In this document: one piece after another, positions 52,067-60,654 of the stretch
Layout of the letters: each line of letters begins with the position of its first letter
Numbering within the stretch: position 1 is the first letter of the stretch
From: Promethearchaeota archaeon
Lineage (GTDB): Archaea; Asgardarchaeota; Lokiarchaeia; Sigyniarchaeales; SOKP01
Direction: 5' to 3'
Assembly: GCA_048938005.1 (NCBI GenBank)
Contig: JBHLMQ010000011.1
Span: 1 to 64,000 of the forward strand
Length of the DNA stretch: 64,000 bases
Program-made: the position numbers and the translations under genes
The notes under the pieces: model-generated
The model's database searches: none
What the model saw: the letters and a program-made list of their open reading frames with translations, nothing else
Told to the model about the DNA's origin: nothing

Positions 52067-53416
52067 TTAAAAATTATCTTTTAACTTTCTTCTAATTTCA
52101 TCCAAAATTACATATTTTGGAAATTCCACCAAAAAGGGGATTATCTTTCTTCTCCCTGGAGTTAAAGTACTAAACTCATTTAAATCTAAGTTCAATATAT
52201 TTTGATACGCTATACCCTTGAATTTATCCATTAAATTCTGTGGATGGGAATCTCTTTGAAATTTTAAGTAGATAAATCTTATGTATTCTTGTAAGAATTT
52301 CCTTAATAATGGCTTTATTCTTTTATCAAATAGTTTATTGCAAACGTCATTTAAAATATTATCTAGTAAAATTGCTGTTTCTAAAACTTTTTTATTATCT
52401 GAAATATCTGGTTGTAGTTTATTAAGATAACTATATTTAACAATATTCTCATCTAAAATTAAATACATCATCTGCTCAATCTTTTCGCCTTCTCGAAAAT
52501 AGTAAGTTGCATTATTATCAATAATAAATTTAAAAAATTTTATATTATAGAGATTCTCTTCTACAATATTTTGTATTAAAAAGTTAAGAGTTGGAATTTT
52601 GATATTATATTTAAGAGAGAAATCTTTAGGTAATATATAATCTGGATAATTATTTGGGTGATTAATAGAGAGGTATAATATAATTTTATAAAAATCCTCC
52701 TTGCTTACTAATGACTTTTCAGTTTTAGTATAATCTAAAAGATTAAACAAGTCAAAAAATATAATTTTAATGTTATTATTTTTAACTTCATACTCTTCTA
52801 GGAAAGCATTAACAGTTTTCTTGAGTTTTTCGATTCCTTTAATTTCTTCTTCTAAAATTGATTTGTAGTCTAAATCATAAAGTTTTAATATTTTATTATA
52901 CTCAGATACGCCTTTTCTTGTAATTTGATACTTAGAATTGTCTTTCTTTATAAATGTTTTTTTTAATAAGAGATTTAAATTTTTTGATAAAGAATTATGA
53001 TTAATTGAGAGAGGTTTCTCAATGAAATCTGACCATTTACAATAATTGTTATTAAATAGCATCCAAAGAATTATATGGTCGTAATTTCTCTTATTTAAAA
53101 TTATTTCTGGAGGATATCTTAGTTTCTTGCCGAATGAGTCTTTAAATCTTAGATCAAAATAACGTTTTCTTCCTTCAGGTGTAACTTTATAGAGACCTTT
53201 CTCTTTTTTTACTACATGTTCGTTTGTCATTAATTTTTTCATATATTTTGATAATGTAGCGAGATTAAATTTCAAGGGATCATCTAAAAAGTCAGACCAA
53301 TTACATTCTTCATTATTATTAAGCATCCACAGAATAATATATTCAAAATCTTTCTTTTCGATTCCAGGGGGATTAATTAATTCTTGAGGAGGATAAATTA
53401 TATTTTTTCCAGTAAT
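52067..53416 (-). CDS. Tandem winged-HTH regulator (cassette 2)
   Basis: Close paralog of 43189. The frame extends 30 codons upstream of ATG 53326 (IYPPQELINPPGIEKKDFEYIILW) to ATT 53416. Confidence 0.75.
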   Translation of the reverse strand: MTGKNIIYPPQELINPPGIEKKDFEYIILWMLNNNEECNWSDFLDDPLKFNLATLSKYMKKLMTNEHVVKKEKGLYKVTPEGRKRYFDLRFKDSFGKKLRYPPEIILNKRNYDHIILWMLFNNNYCKWSDFIEKPLSINHNSLSKNLNLLLKKTFIKKDNSKYQITRKGVSEYNKILKLYDLDYKSILEEEIKGIEKLKKTVNAFLEEYEVKNNNIKIIFFDLFNLLDYTKTEKSLVSKEDFYKIILYLSINHPNNYPDYILPKDFSLKYNIKIPTLNFLIQNIVEENLYNIKFFKFIIDNNATYYFREGEKIEQMMYLILDENIVKYSYLNKLQPDISDNKKVLETAILLDNILNDVCNKLFDKRIKPLLRKFLQEYIRFIYLKFQRDSHPQNLMDKFKGIAYQNILNLDLNEFSTLTPGRRKIIPFLVEFPKYVILDEIRRKLKDNF

Positions 53417-53599
53417 CTTATGAAATCACCGTGGATCTCTTGATTTTTAATAATATACATTATTTCCAACATTTCTTAGACTTAAATTTCCAATATCTGT
53501 ATAAAAATATGCAAGACGGATTTAAATAGTTTAATCTAAATAAAAATCTACTCATTTTATCCAAATCTCTTATTAATCTCAATTTAAAATTCAATAGAC

Positions 53600-53639
53600 T
53601 TTGAACTTTGTGAAAAGTTACTAAGCTAAATCTAAATAT
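53600..53639 (+). promoter_or_regulatory. Cassette motif copy E (upstream of the secreted protein gene)
   Basis: tttgaactttgtgaaaagttactaagctaaatctaaa; contains the dyad AACTTT-N4-AAAGTT. Confidence 0.75.
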
Positions 53640-53695
53640 TAAAATGTGATCTAAACGTCATTTGACAGCAATCAAAAAAATGAGGCTGTATAAAA

Positions 53696-54340
53696 ATGAA
53701 GAAATCTAATTTAATGAAAAAATTGATGTTGCTAACTTTAGTAGGGCTTATGATCTCTGGTTTTACAATAGGAGTTCTAGGAGCAAAAACCGAAAAAATT
53801 AGACCGCTTGAAGAATGGGGTGAAGTTAATCCCTGGCTTGGTGTTTCGTTTGTTTTCCCTAGAGCGTTTTTTTCTTATGACTGGTATGGTGAACTTGCCG
53901 ACCCTGATATAACCTATAATGGGTTCATTCTCGAACAAGAGAACTCTGATGGATCCATCGATGTAAAAGTGAACTTACGCATCCACAATTTACCTATGGG
54001 TGTGCTTGAAGTGGGAAAAGGCTTAATATTTATGGGGATTGGAGAGCTATATTTTTATATAGAATTCACAATGGATAATGGATACTATGGTATTGAACTA
54101 CCAACATTAGATAATCTTTTTGAGAATTACACCTTTGGAATCCATGGCCAATTAAAATCAATACATGAAATTGCTAATGGTTCTGGATATTATTTTGAAC
54201 CTGGTATGGAACCCGTACCGGCACAAGTCACATATAAAGGATTAGGGTTAGTAAAACCCGATATAAGAGAAGATCATCCATTGCGTGAAATTTACCCTAT
54301 AATTTGGCCTGGTGAATTCATAGATATTCATATGATATAA
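53696..54340 (+). CDS. Secreted hypothetical protein (cassette 2)
   Basis: Signal peptide begins MKKSNLMK as in 44687; body unrelated by eye; no IPGY tail. Confidence 0.75.
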   Translation: MKKSNLMKKLMLLTLVGLMISGFTIGVLGAKTEKIRPLEEWGEVNPWLGVSFVFPRAFFSYDWYGELADPDITYNGFILEQENSDGSIDVKVNLRIHNLPMGVLEVGKGLIFMGIGELYFYIEFTMDNGYYGIELPTLDNLFENYTFGIHGQLKSIHEIANGSGYYFEPGMEPVPAQVTYKGLGLVKPDIREDHPLREIYPIIWPGEFIDIHMI

Positions 54341-54576
54341 GAAAGGCAGATACCTATCTAGGGTTGAATTTTTTAATTAAATATAGAAGCGGAGGTTTAA
54401 GTTTAGATAATTGGTCTCTCGATAAACCATACCTAAATTATTATTCCTCCTTTCTATATCTTTTTTTTTTAAATTTCGAAATTATTATTAATGAAAATAA
54501 GAGTTTTAACAAACCTTTTTATTTTTTAAAATCTAATCATATTTTAAGTACAATCCTGTAGTATTTATTCTAATCT

Positions 54577-55122
54577 ATGAGTAGCTCTGGAAAAAAATTA
54601 AAATTTAAAGTTACTGTTATAGGGGATGGAAGAGTCGGAAAAACATCCCTAATTAAAAAATTCACACTTGGCACATTTGAAACGGATTATGTTGAGACTA
54701 TTGGGGCCCAATTTTCTAAATATGATAAAGAGATCAATAGTGATAATATTAGATTAATATTTTGGGATATTGCCGGACAACGAGATTTCGATTTTCTACG
54801 TCCTTCCTTTTATAGAGAGAGCAATGCCGCTATCATTGTATATAGTCTTGAAGAGAATCAACTGGGGAAGCGTAGCTTTGAACACATAACAGATTGGCAT
54901 CAGGATATTAAACAGTTCTGTGGAGATATCCCTATTGTTCTTTTTGCTAATAAAATTGATTTAATTGATGAGTCTAATTTAGAGCACTCTGAAATTCAAA
55001 ATATTGCAAATAAATTTAGTTTTCTTGGCTATTATATAACATCCGCCAAAACAGGTCAGGGAGTTTATCAAGCATTTAACGCTATTATTGAAGAATTATA
55101 TTATAAATCTAAAGCAATTTAA
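54577..55122 (+). CDS. Rab/Ras-like small GTPase
   Basis: Canonical G1 GDGRVGKT, G2 TIG, G3 WDIAGQ, G4 NKID and G5 TSAK; no C-terminal prenylation Cys motif. Confidence 0.93.
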   Translation: MSSSGKKLKFKVTVIGDGRVGKTSLIKKFTLGTFETDYVETIGAQFSKYDKEINSDNIRLIFWDIAGQRDFDFLRPSFYRESNAAIIVYSLEENQLGKRSFEHITDWHQDIKQFCGDIPIVLFANKIDLIDESNLEHSEIQNIANKFSFLGYYITSAKTGQGVYQAFNAIIEELYYKSKAI

Positions 55123-55303
55123 ATTCTACTTACAAATTCTTAAGAAAATAATAGAGAGAATTTGACAAGATTGTACATTCTACTGACCAAAAACCTTATT
55201 TATGAATCTATCTCATATTTATTTTGTATTAAAATAGAGGAATCTAATAAAATGCCTATTGTAATATTTTTATCATTAGAGAATAACCTAAGTGAATCTT
55301 ATA

Positions 55304-57103
55304 ATGAGTACAGACAAGAAAACACAAAAGAAAATACTTCCTAAAAAGGAAGGCCGATTATTAAAGAAAAGGACGATTATAGCTTTTGGAACAGTGGCTG
55401 TTGTGGCTATAGCAGGTATTATTGGTGGTATATACCTTTTCAGTGAACCAGCTAAATATCCTAACTTGACTGTAGGAACAATTTGTGGAATATGGGGAGC
55501 GATTGATCCATTAAATACCATTGCTCCAACAGATTATGATGTTATAAGTCAAGTTGTTGAAGGATTATTTGATCATGAAATGGTGGGTGGTAATTCTTTA
55601 CTTACCCATAATTTAGCGATAAATCATATCTGGAGTAATGATTATTTAAATCTTACTTGCTATCTCAGACAAGGCGTTAAATTCCACGATGGAACAATAT
55701 TTAATGCTGCCGCGGTTAAATGGAATATCGATAGAATTTATAACCTTATGAATCTCGGCGAAAAACCATATTTTTTATATGACTGGCTTATACCGAATGG
55801 TACAAAGTTTGTAGATGGATCTAAAGTTGCCAATAGCGCTAGGAGGATTATTAATGATACTGAAATTATTAATGATTACACAATTAAGTTTGTTTTAAAC
55901 AAACCATACCTCCCACTTCCAGCATTATTAGCTTCTGTTCATTCTTATATCCTGTCACCAACTTCCACTCCCTTTGATAGTTTCATTCCAATTGATGGAG
56001 ATTTAATTGGAACAGGGCCCTTTATCTATGATAATTATATAGAAAATGATAAAATAATATTTTCTTCTAATCCATCTTATTGGGGTGGGCAACCAAAGAT
56101 AAATAACTTAATTTTTTTAATTCTTAATAAGACTGCTCGATATGATGCTTTATTATCAGGAGAAGTTTCAATGCTTAATAGCTTTAATCATTTATATGAC
56201 CCAACCCCCGATGCAATTTATTATGATGATACTATTGATGTGGATTCATTTTTTGATGATCCTTCTATTATAATCCAAAAGGGTCCACCAGCATTCACCT
56301 TCACCTATCTTATTATGAATAATAAATTGATCCCTGTAGAAATGCGAGAAGCAATCTCTTATAGCCTTGATTATTCTTCCATAATCGAAGAAATGATTAA
56401 CGGGCATGGTACAAGACTTAAATCACCTATTCCTGAAGGGATGAAGTATTCAAATATCACAGATATCGATTATCCTTATTATAATATCTCCAAAGCAAGA
56501 AGTGCATTGAAAGATGCTGGATGGCCCGGTACTGCTAATTTAACTGCAAATAATAATATCACTACTGGTAATGAATGGGAAAAATTAGTAGATGATGGAA
56601 CACCTCTCGCAATATATAATTTTACCTATACCTTAAATGATTTTTTAGCTATAAATTTTGCGCCTTTAATAGCAAATTATCTTAAACAAATTGGCATTAA
56701 GTTAGAAGACGCTATTATTTCAGATATAGTGTCTTATTATATTTATTTTGAAAGATTTGGGTACAACCTCAACATGATTGAGCTTAGTATAATGGGATTT
56801 AATGGTCCCTGGTATAACGATCCTAGCAGTATTATTAATTGGATGTATTCCAATAAAACAATAGATCTGAATTATTCTCAATTTAACGATACAAAAATTC
56901 AAGATTGGTTAGAAGAGGCCTTAGAGGAGTCTGACCAGAATGTAAGATCACAAATATACTTTGATATTCAAAAAAAGGTTATGGAAGAACTTTTTCCATA
57001 TTGTTTCCTCTATAGGAAAAATTTTTTGAGCATTTTCCGATCGGATGTAAAGGGATGGGAAGTCCAACAATTTAAATCAAATTTTAAAAATGTTTATTTT
57101 TAA
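55304..57103 (+). CDS. Family 5 solute-binding protein, membrane-anchored (cassette 3)
   Basis: LRQGVKFHDGTIFNAAAVKW and GTGPF motifs; start at ATG 55304 (ORF track gives 55292). Confidence 0.88.
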   Translation: MSTDKKTQKKILPKKEGRLLKKRTIIAFGTVAVVAIAGIIGGIYLFSEPAKYPNLTVGTICGIWGAIDPLNTIAPTDYDVISQVVEGLFDHEMVGGNSLLTHNLAINHIWSNDYLNLTCYLRQGVKFHDGTIFNAAAVKWNIDRIYNLMNLGEKPYFLYDWLIPNGTKFVDGSKVANSARRIINDTEIINDYTIKFVLNKPYLPLPALLASVHSYILSPTSTPFDSFIPIDGDLIGTGPFIYDNYIENDKIIFSSNPSYWGGQPKINNLIFLILNKTARYDALLSGEVSMLNSFNHLYDPTPDAIYYDDTIDVDSFFDDPSIIIQKGPPAFTFTYLIMNNKLIPVEMREAISYSLDYSSIIEEMINGHGTRLKSPIPEGMKYSNITDIDYPYYNISKARSALKDAGWPGTANLTANNNITTGNEWEKLVDDGTPLAIYNFTYTLNDFLAINFAPLIANYLKQIGIKLEDAIISDIVSYYIYFERFGYNLNMIELSIMGFNGPWYNDPSSIINWMYSNKTIDLNYSQFNDTKIQDWLEEALEESDQNVRSQIYFDIQKKVMEELFPYCFLYRKNFLSIFRSDVKGWEVQQFKSNFKNVYF

Positions 57104-57120
57104 TTATGATATTAGTAGCT

Positions 57121-58116
57121 TTAGCTATTATTGAGATCAAGTACCAAATAGAGCCCATTTGAATTATTAAATAATAAATTATAGTTATTTTTAGTTGGAT
57201 AATCATCGGACCATAGATAAAAAATATCTTGCTCATCTGAAGGAATAGAATTGAATCCTATAACCTGATTCATAGCTTGACGTAAAGAGAGATCATCAGC
57301 ATTGTAATATAAAGTAAAGTATGCCCCAACATCTGTATTATCATCTTTATACTTAAATCTAATATTACCATGATCATGAGAGATGGTACCAGAAACGTTT
57401 GCATTCATATCAGTATATTGAAAAATTTCAATTAAGAAATCTCCTGATCCAGTATTGAGAACCCAAGTAGTGTTTTGTGAGTATTCTATATTATATGTTT
57501 TTAATTCTATATTTCCTGTTTCCTGGATAATTCCGGTTAAATTACCTTCTAAAATACAGTAGGAAAAGTCATAGTGAATGTTGCCTTTTGAAATGTTAGT
57601 TAGTATATTCCCAACAGAAATACCATATGGAACTGCTATTTTAACACCTCCTTGAACATTGACAACTACACTAATATCACATATTATATCTGCTTTAAGC
57701 GCTACAGCTATGTTGACATTCTTTATAAGGGATAATATTTCAGCTTGATCTATACCTGCTTTTAGCTCCATGCTAAAGTTTACGATACCGCTTGTATTTT
57801 GCCAAACAATCTTGAAATAATCTGAATAATTTTTTTCAATTAAATTTGGACCTATCATTTCAATACTTACCTCAATTTTGGCATCATAATCAACTGGGGG
57901 ATCAATATATTGTATTTCAATATTTCCTATATCAACATATAGGTTTAATTTGTCAAGATAAGGAGGTGAAATTGGAGCATATTTATAAGTAAGAAACTTA
58001 TTAAGCTTACCATAAGATGAGAGCCCAACTGAGAGAAATGTGATTGGAGCGGCAATAATAAAACTGAACACAATTACAATCATTATAGCAATAGCACTTA
58101 TAACATTCCTAGCCAT
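57121..58116 (-). CDS. Membrane-anchored beta-solenoid-like protein (cassette 3)
   Basis: Paralog of 38978 and 47849. Confidence 0.72.
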   Translation of the reverse strand: MARNVISAIAIMIVIVFSFIIAAPITFLSVGLSSYGKLNKFLTYKYAPISPPYLDKLNLYVDIGNIEIQYIDPPVDYDAKIEVSIEMIGPNLIEKNYSDYFKIVWQNTSGIVNFSMELKAGIDQAEILSLIKNVNIAVALKADIICDISVVVNVQGGVKIAVPYGISVGNILTNISKGNIHYDFSYCILEGNLTGIIQETGNIELKTYNIEYSQNTTWVLNTGSGDFLIEIFQYTDMNANVSGTISHDHGNIRFKYKDDNTDVGAYFTLYYNADDLSLRQAMNQVIGFNSIPSDEQDIFYLWSDDYPTKNNYNLLFNNSNGLYLVLDLNNS

Positions 58117-58339
58117 CTTTAAATCTTATGTAAAGGTTTATTAATTTTACAATTATTTAGATAAGAGAGCCTTTTATTTAAATTAATCCATCTAAATCAT
58201 TCAATTATTATTCAATTCTCTCTATAATAAATTAGATAAATCAAAGTGCGAAAAATCAAAACTCTTTTATATTGATATCTCTTATAGGCTAATTATTGTA
58301 AAAGAGTATAATTTTGTTTTTTTTAGGTGATTCTAAGCA

Positions 58340-59407
58340 ATTATTTTTATTGTTTATGACGCATTAGAGCGTTTTTTTGCAGGTTTTGCGATTTTTACAT
58401 TAATAATTAGCAGTTTAATGTATGTATCTCGAGGTCGTAAAAGAGAAATTATACATGAAAAAATGCTAATGTACGGATTTGCAAGCTTTTGGCTAAGTAT
58501 TGGATTGGCACGTCTTTTCTTTTATTTCTCTGATTTTTTTTTAGAAGGGACTTATACGGGTGATTTAAGCATAATAATTCAAACTTATGACATCATTCAC
58601 TATACTTTTCTTTATTTCTATTTATATTTTTATGTCTATATCTTCATTAATATAATATCTTTAACCATATTGTTTATTTGGTTTTCTATGAGATCGAAAA
58701 AGGAATTCCAAGCAATATCCTCTGTGATGGCAATTGGATTTACTGTATGTTTGATAGGATGGGCTTTTGAGACAATGATTGTAAAAGATTTAAATCTAAT
58801 TTCTCCAATAATCCCCCCTATACTTGTCTTAATTGGTGCGATCATCGCAATAGCCCCTTTAATTATCAATCTTGAGTTTTTTTATAGATCTTTAGCTATT
58901 TGGTTTGTAGCAATTTTAATTAGTTTTATATTGATATTTTTAGGATTGACATTTTTTACTAATTTTCCTTTACCAATAATAAGTCTAATAATAATCTCTA
59001 TTTCAGCTCTGGCACTGGTATTGTTAACAGTTTATATATCGATTAGCATAGTTAAGAGAGTTAGAACACGAGAAGATACTTCTCCGGTTAAAAAAGAGGA
59101 ACTCAAAGATTTTCTTACTATTTTCACTAAACCTCAAACCATTACTGAAGAAGAACTTAATACTTATAGAGAAAAGAAAATTTGCGTCGTATGTAAAAGT
59201 AAAGTTTCACGACTAAATTATGTGTGTCCCGAATGTGATGTCTTATATTGCATTAGATGCTCTAAAGCGTTAGTTAATTTAGAAAATGCATGTTGGGTAT
59301 GTGATACTCCTATCAATATATCAGATCAGGTTCCAGTTTTGAAAGTAGAGGAATTATTAAAAGAAACAGAATTAAATCCTAATGACAAAGAAATTAGAAA
59401 TAATTAA
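58340..59407 (+). CDS. ~7TM membrane protein with C4C4 RING-like tail (cassette 3)
   Basis: Same Cys spacing. The first TM (YDALERFFAGFAIFTLIISSL) lies in frame upstream of ATG 58418, back to ATT 58340. Confidence 0.8.
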   Translation: MIFIVYDALERFFAGFAIFTLIISSLMYVSRGRKREIIHEKMLMYGFASFWLSIGLARLFFYFSDFFLEGTYTGDLSIIIQTYDIIHYTFLYFYLYFYVYIFINIISLTILFIWFSMRSKKEFQAISSVMAIGFTVCLIGWAFETMIVKDLNLISPIIPPILVLIGAIIAIAPLIINLEFFYRSLAIWFVAILISFILIFLGLTFFTNFPLPIISLIIISISALALVLLTVYISISIVKRVRTREDTSPVKKEELKDFLTIFTKPQTITEEELNTYREKKICVVCKSKVSRLNYVCPECDVLYCIRCSKALVNLENACWVCDTPINISDQVPVLKVEELLKETELNPNDKEIRNN

Positions 59408-59459
59408 ATAAAGCGAGAAAAAAAATAAAATGAGTAAACCTTAAAATAAAAGTGATTTT

Positions 59460-59681
59460 ATGATTTTTGACCTTTTCTCTTTAATGATGACGCTTCTTTT
59501 GGTTTTTATATTAATCCCATTTATAATTTTATCTTTTATAGCGATTTGGGTATATAGAGATGCTAAAAAAAAAAGGATTAATGCAGCTATATGGGTTATC
59601 ATCATATGGATAATTCCTTTTTTTATTGGTGTAATTATATACTTTATAATGAGAGATAAAATCTCAGAAGAAGTTCAATGA
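59460..59681 (+). CDS. Small membrane protein, PLDc_N-like (cassette 3)
   Basis: IWVYRDAKKKRINAAIW motif; paralog of 41174. Confidence 0.72.
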   Translation: MIFDLFSLMMTLLLVFILIPFIILSFIAIWVYRDAKKKRINAAIWVIIIWIIPFFIGVIIYFIMRDKISEEVQ

Positions 59682-59701
59682 GTTTTTTATTGGATACTTA
59701 G

Positions 59702-60583
59702 TCAATCATAAATTTCAAAAACGTTATTTAACATTTCCTTTATTATTGAAAAAATCTTATTTTCAGCATCTTTTGATTTTGCTGAAAAACCAAATGTTCT
59801 AACTCCAAAAATTTCCTCAACTTCTTCTGGTTCGAGAGAGACCTTATCTAAATCTTGAAAGTTTGCGATTACAAAGAAGGTTGCTTTCTTTACTTTTGGT
59901 CTTAATGATAAGAATAATTTCTGGGTTTTACTTATATTAGTTGCACCCGAATTAGTAACAAGACAAATTATATCAATAGAATCTAAGAGTTGTCTGTAAG
60001 ATCTTGAATTATCAACCAATTCCTTTAAATTAATTTCCCTTAAAATACACTCATTAATACTCTTAAAATCAGGTAAGAAAATAGATTTTTGTATAACTTC
60101 TCTCATGTCTTCATCTAATTCAATTATTGTTTCTCCTGCAAATAAGTTCATTATAGTAGTCTTACCAACACCATCCTCGCCAACCAACAAAATTATAGGA
60201 GGAATAAAAATGTGTTTTTCAACAAATTCATCAAAACTTTCAAATTTTCCTATATCATGATCCCAATTTATTAAATCATCATGATATCGTTTGATAAATT
60301 CCTTTTTTAGAAGTTCCAATTTATTCCTTAGTTTTTCCTCTGGGTCATTGATATCAGCTAATAATATAAAAATGCAACGCTTATCATTATCATAAGAATA
60401 GATAATGTTAAAATTTCTAAAATTTAATGATCTTATTTCTCCTCCTCCAATCTTTTTAGAAATATCAATAGTCGCTGTGAGAAATGCACTTACAAAATCC
60501 TCATCAATCTGATTTGTACCAAATAGCGTTTTTGAATAACAAAGTATACCGCTAGATAATATAATTAAAACCTTAGAAATCAT
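59702..60583 (-). CDS. Longin-like domain fused to a degenerate small-GTPase-like domain (cassette 3)
   Basis: N-terminal IILSSGILCYSK...FVSAFLTA...GGGEIRSL longin-like pattern, then GEDGVGKTT, ANFQD and FSAK. Confidence 0.75.
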   Translation of the reverse strand: MISKVLIILSSGILCYSKTLFGTNQIDEDFVSAFLTATIDISKKIGGGEIRSLNFRNFNIIYSYDNDKRCIFILLADINDPEEKLRNKLELLKKEFIKRYHDDLINWDHDIGKFESFDEFVEKHIFIPPIILLVGEDGVGKTTIMNLFAGETIIELDEDMREVIQKSIFLPDFKSINECILREINLKELVDNSRSYRQLLDSIDIICLVTNSGATNISKTQKLFLSLRPKVKKATFFVIANFQDLDKVSLEPEEVEEIFGVRTFGFSAKSKDAENKIFSIIKEMLNNVFEIYD

Positions 60584-60654
60584 CTGAGATTTCGAAATTT
60601 TCTTTTTTATTTTGACTAATATTTAATCATAATATGATTGAAAAATTATAATAA

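Noticed and set aside
54364-55344. Short ORFs 54364-54561 and 55162-55344
   Set aside because: TTG-started, low-complexity AT-rich intergenic sequence with no motifs.
37234-57103. Opp/Dpp ABC transporter operons
   Set aside because: No permease or ABC ATPase genes; the P-loop proteins are small-GTPase-like and lack LSGGQ.
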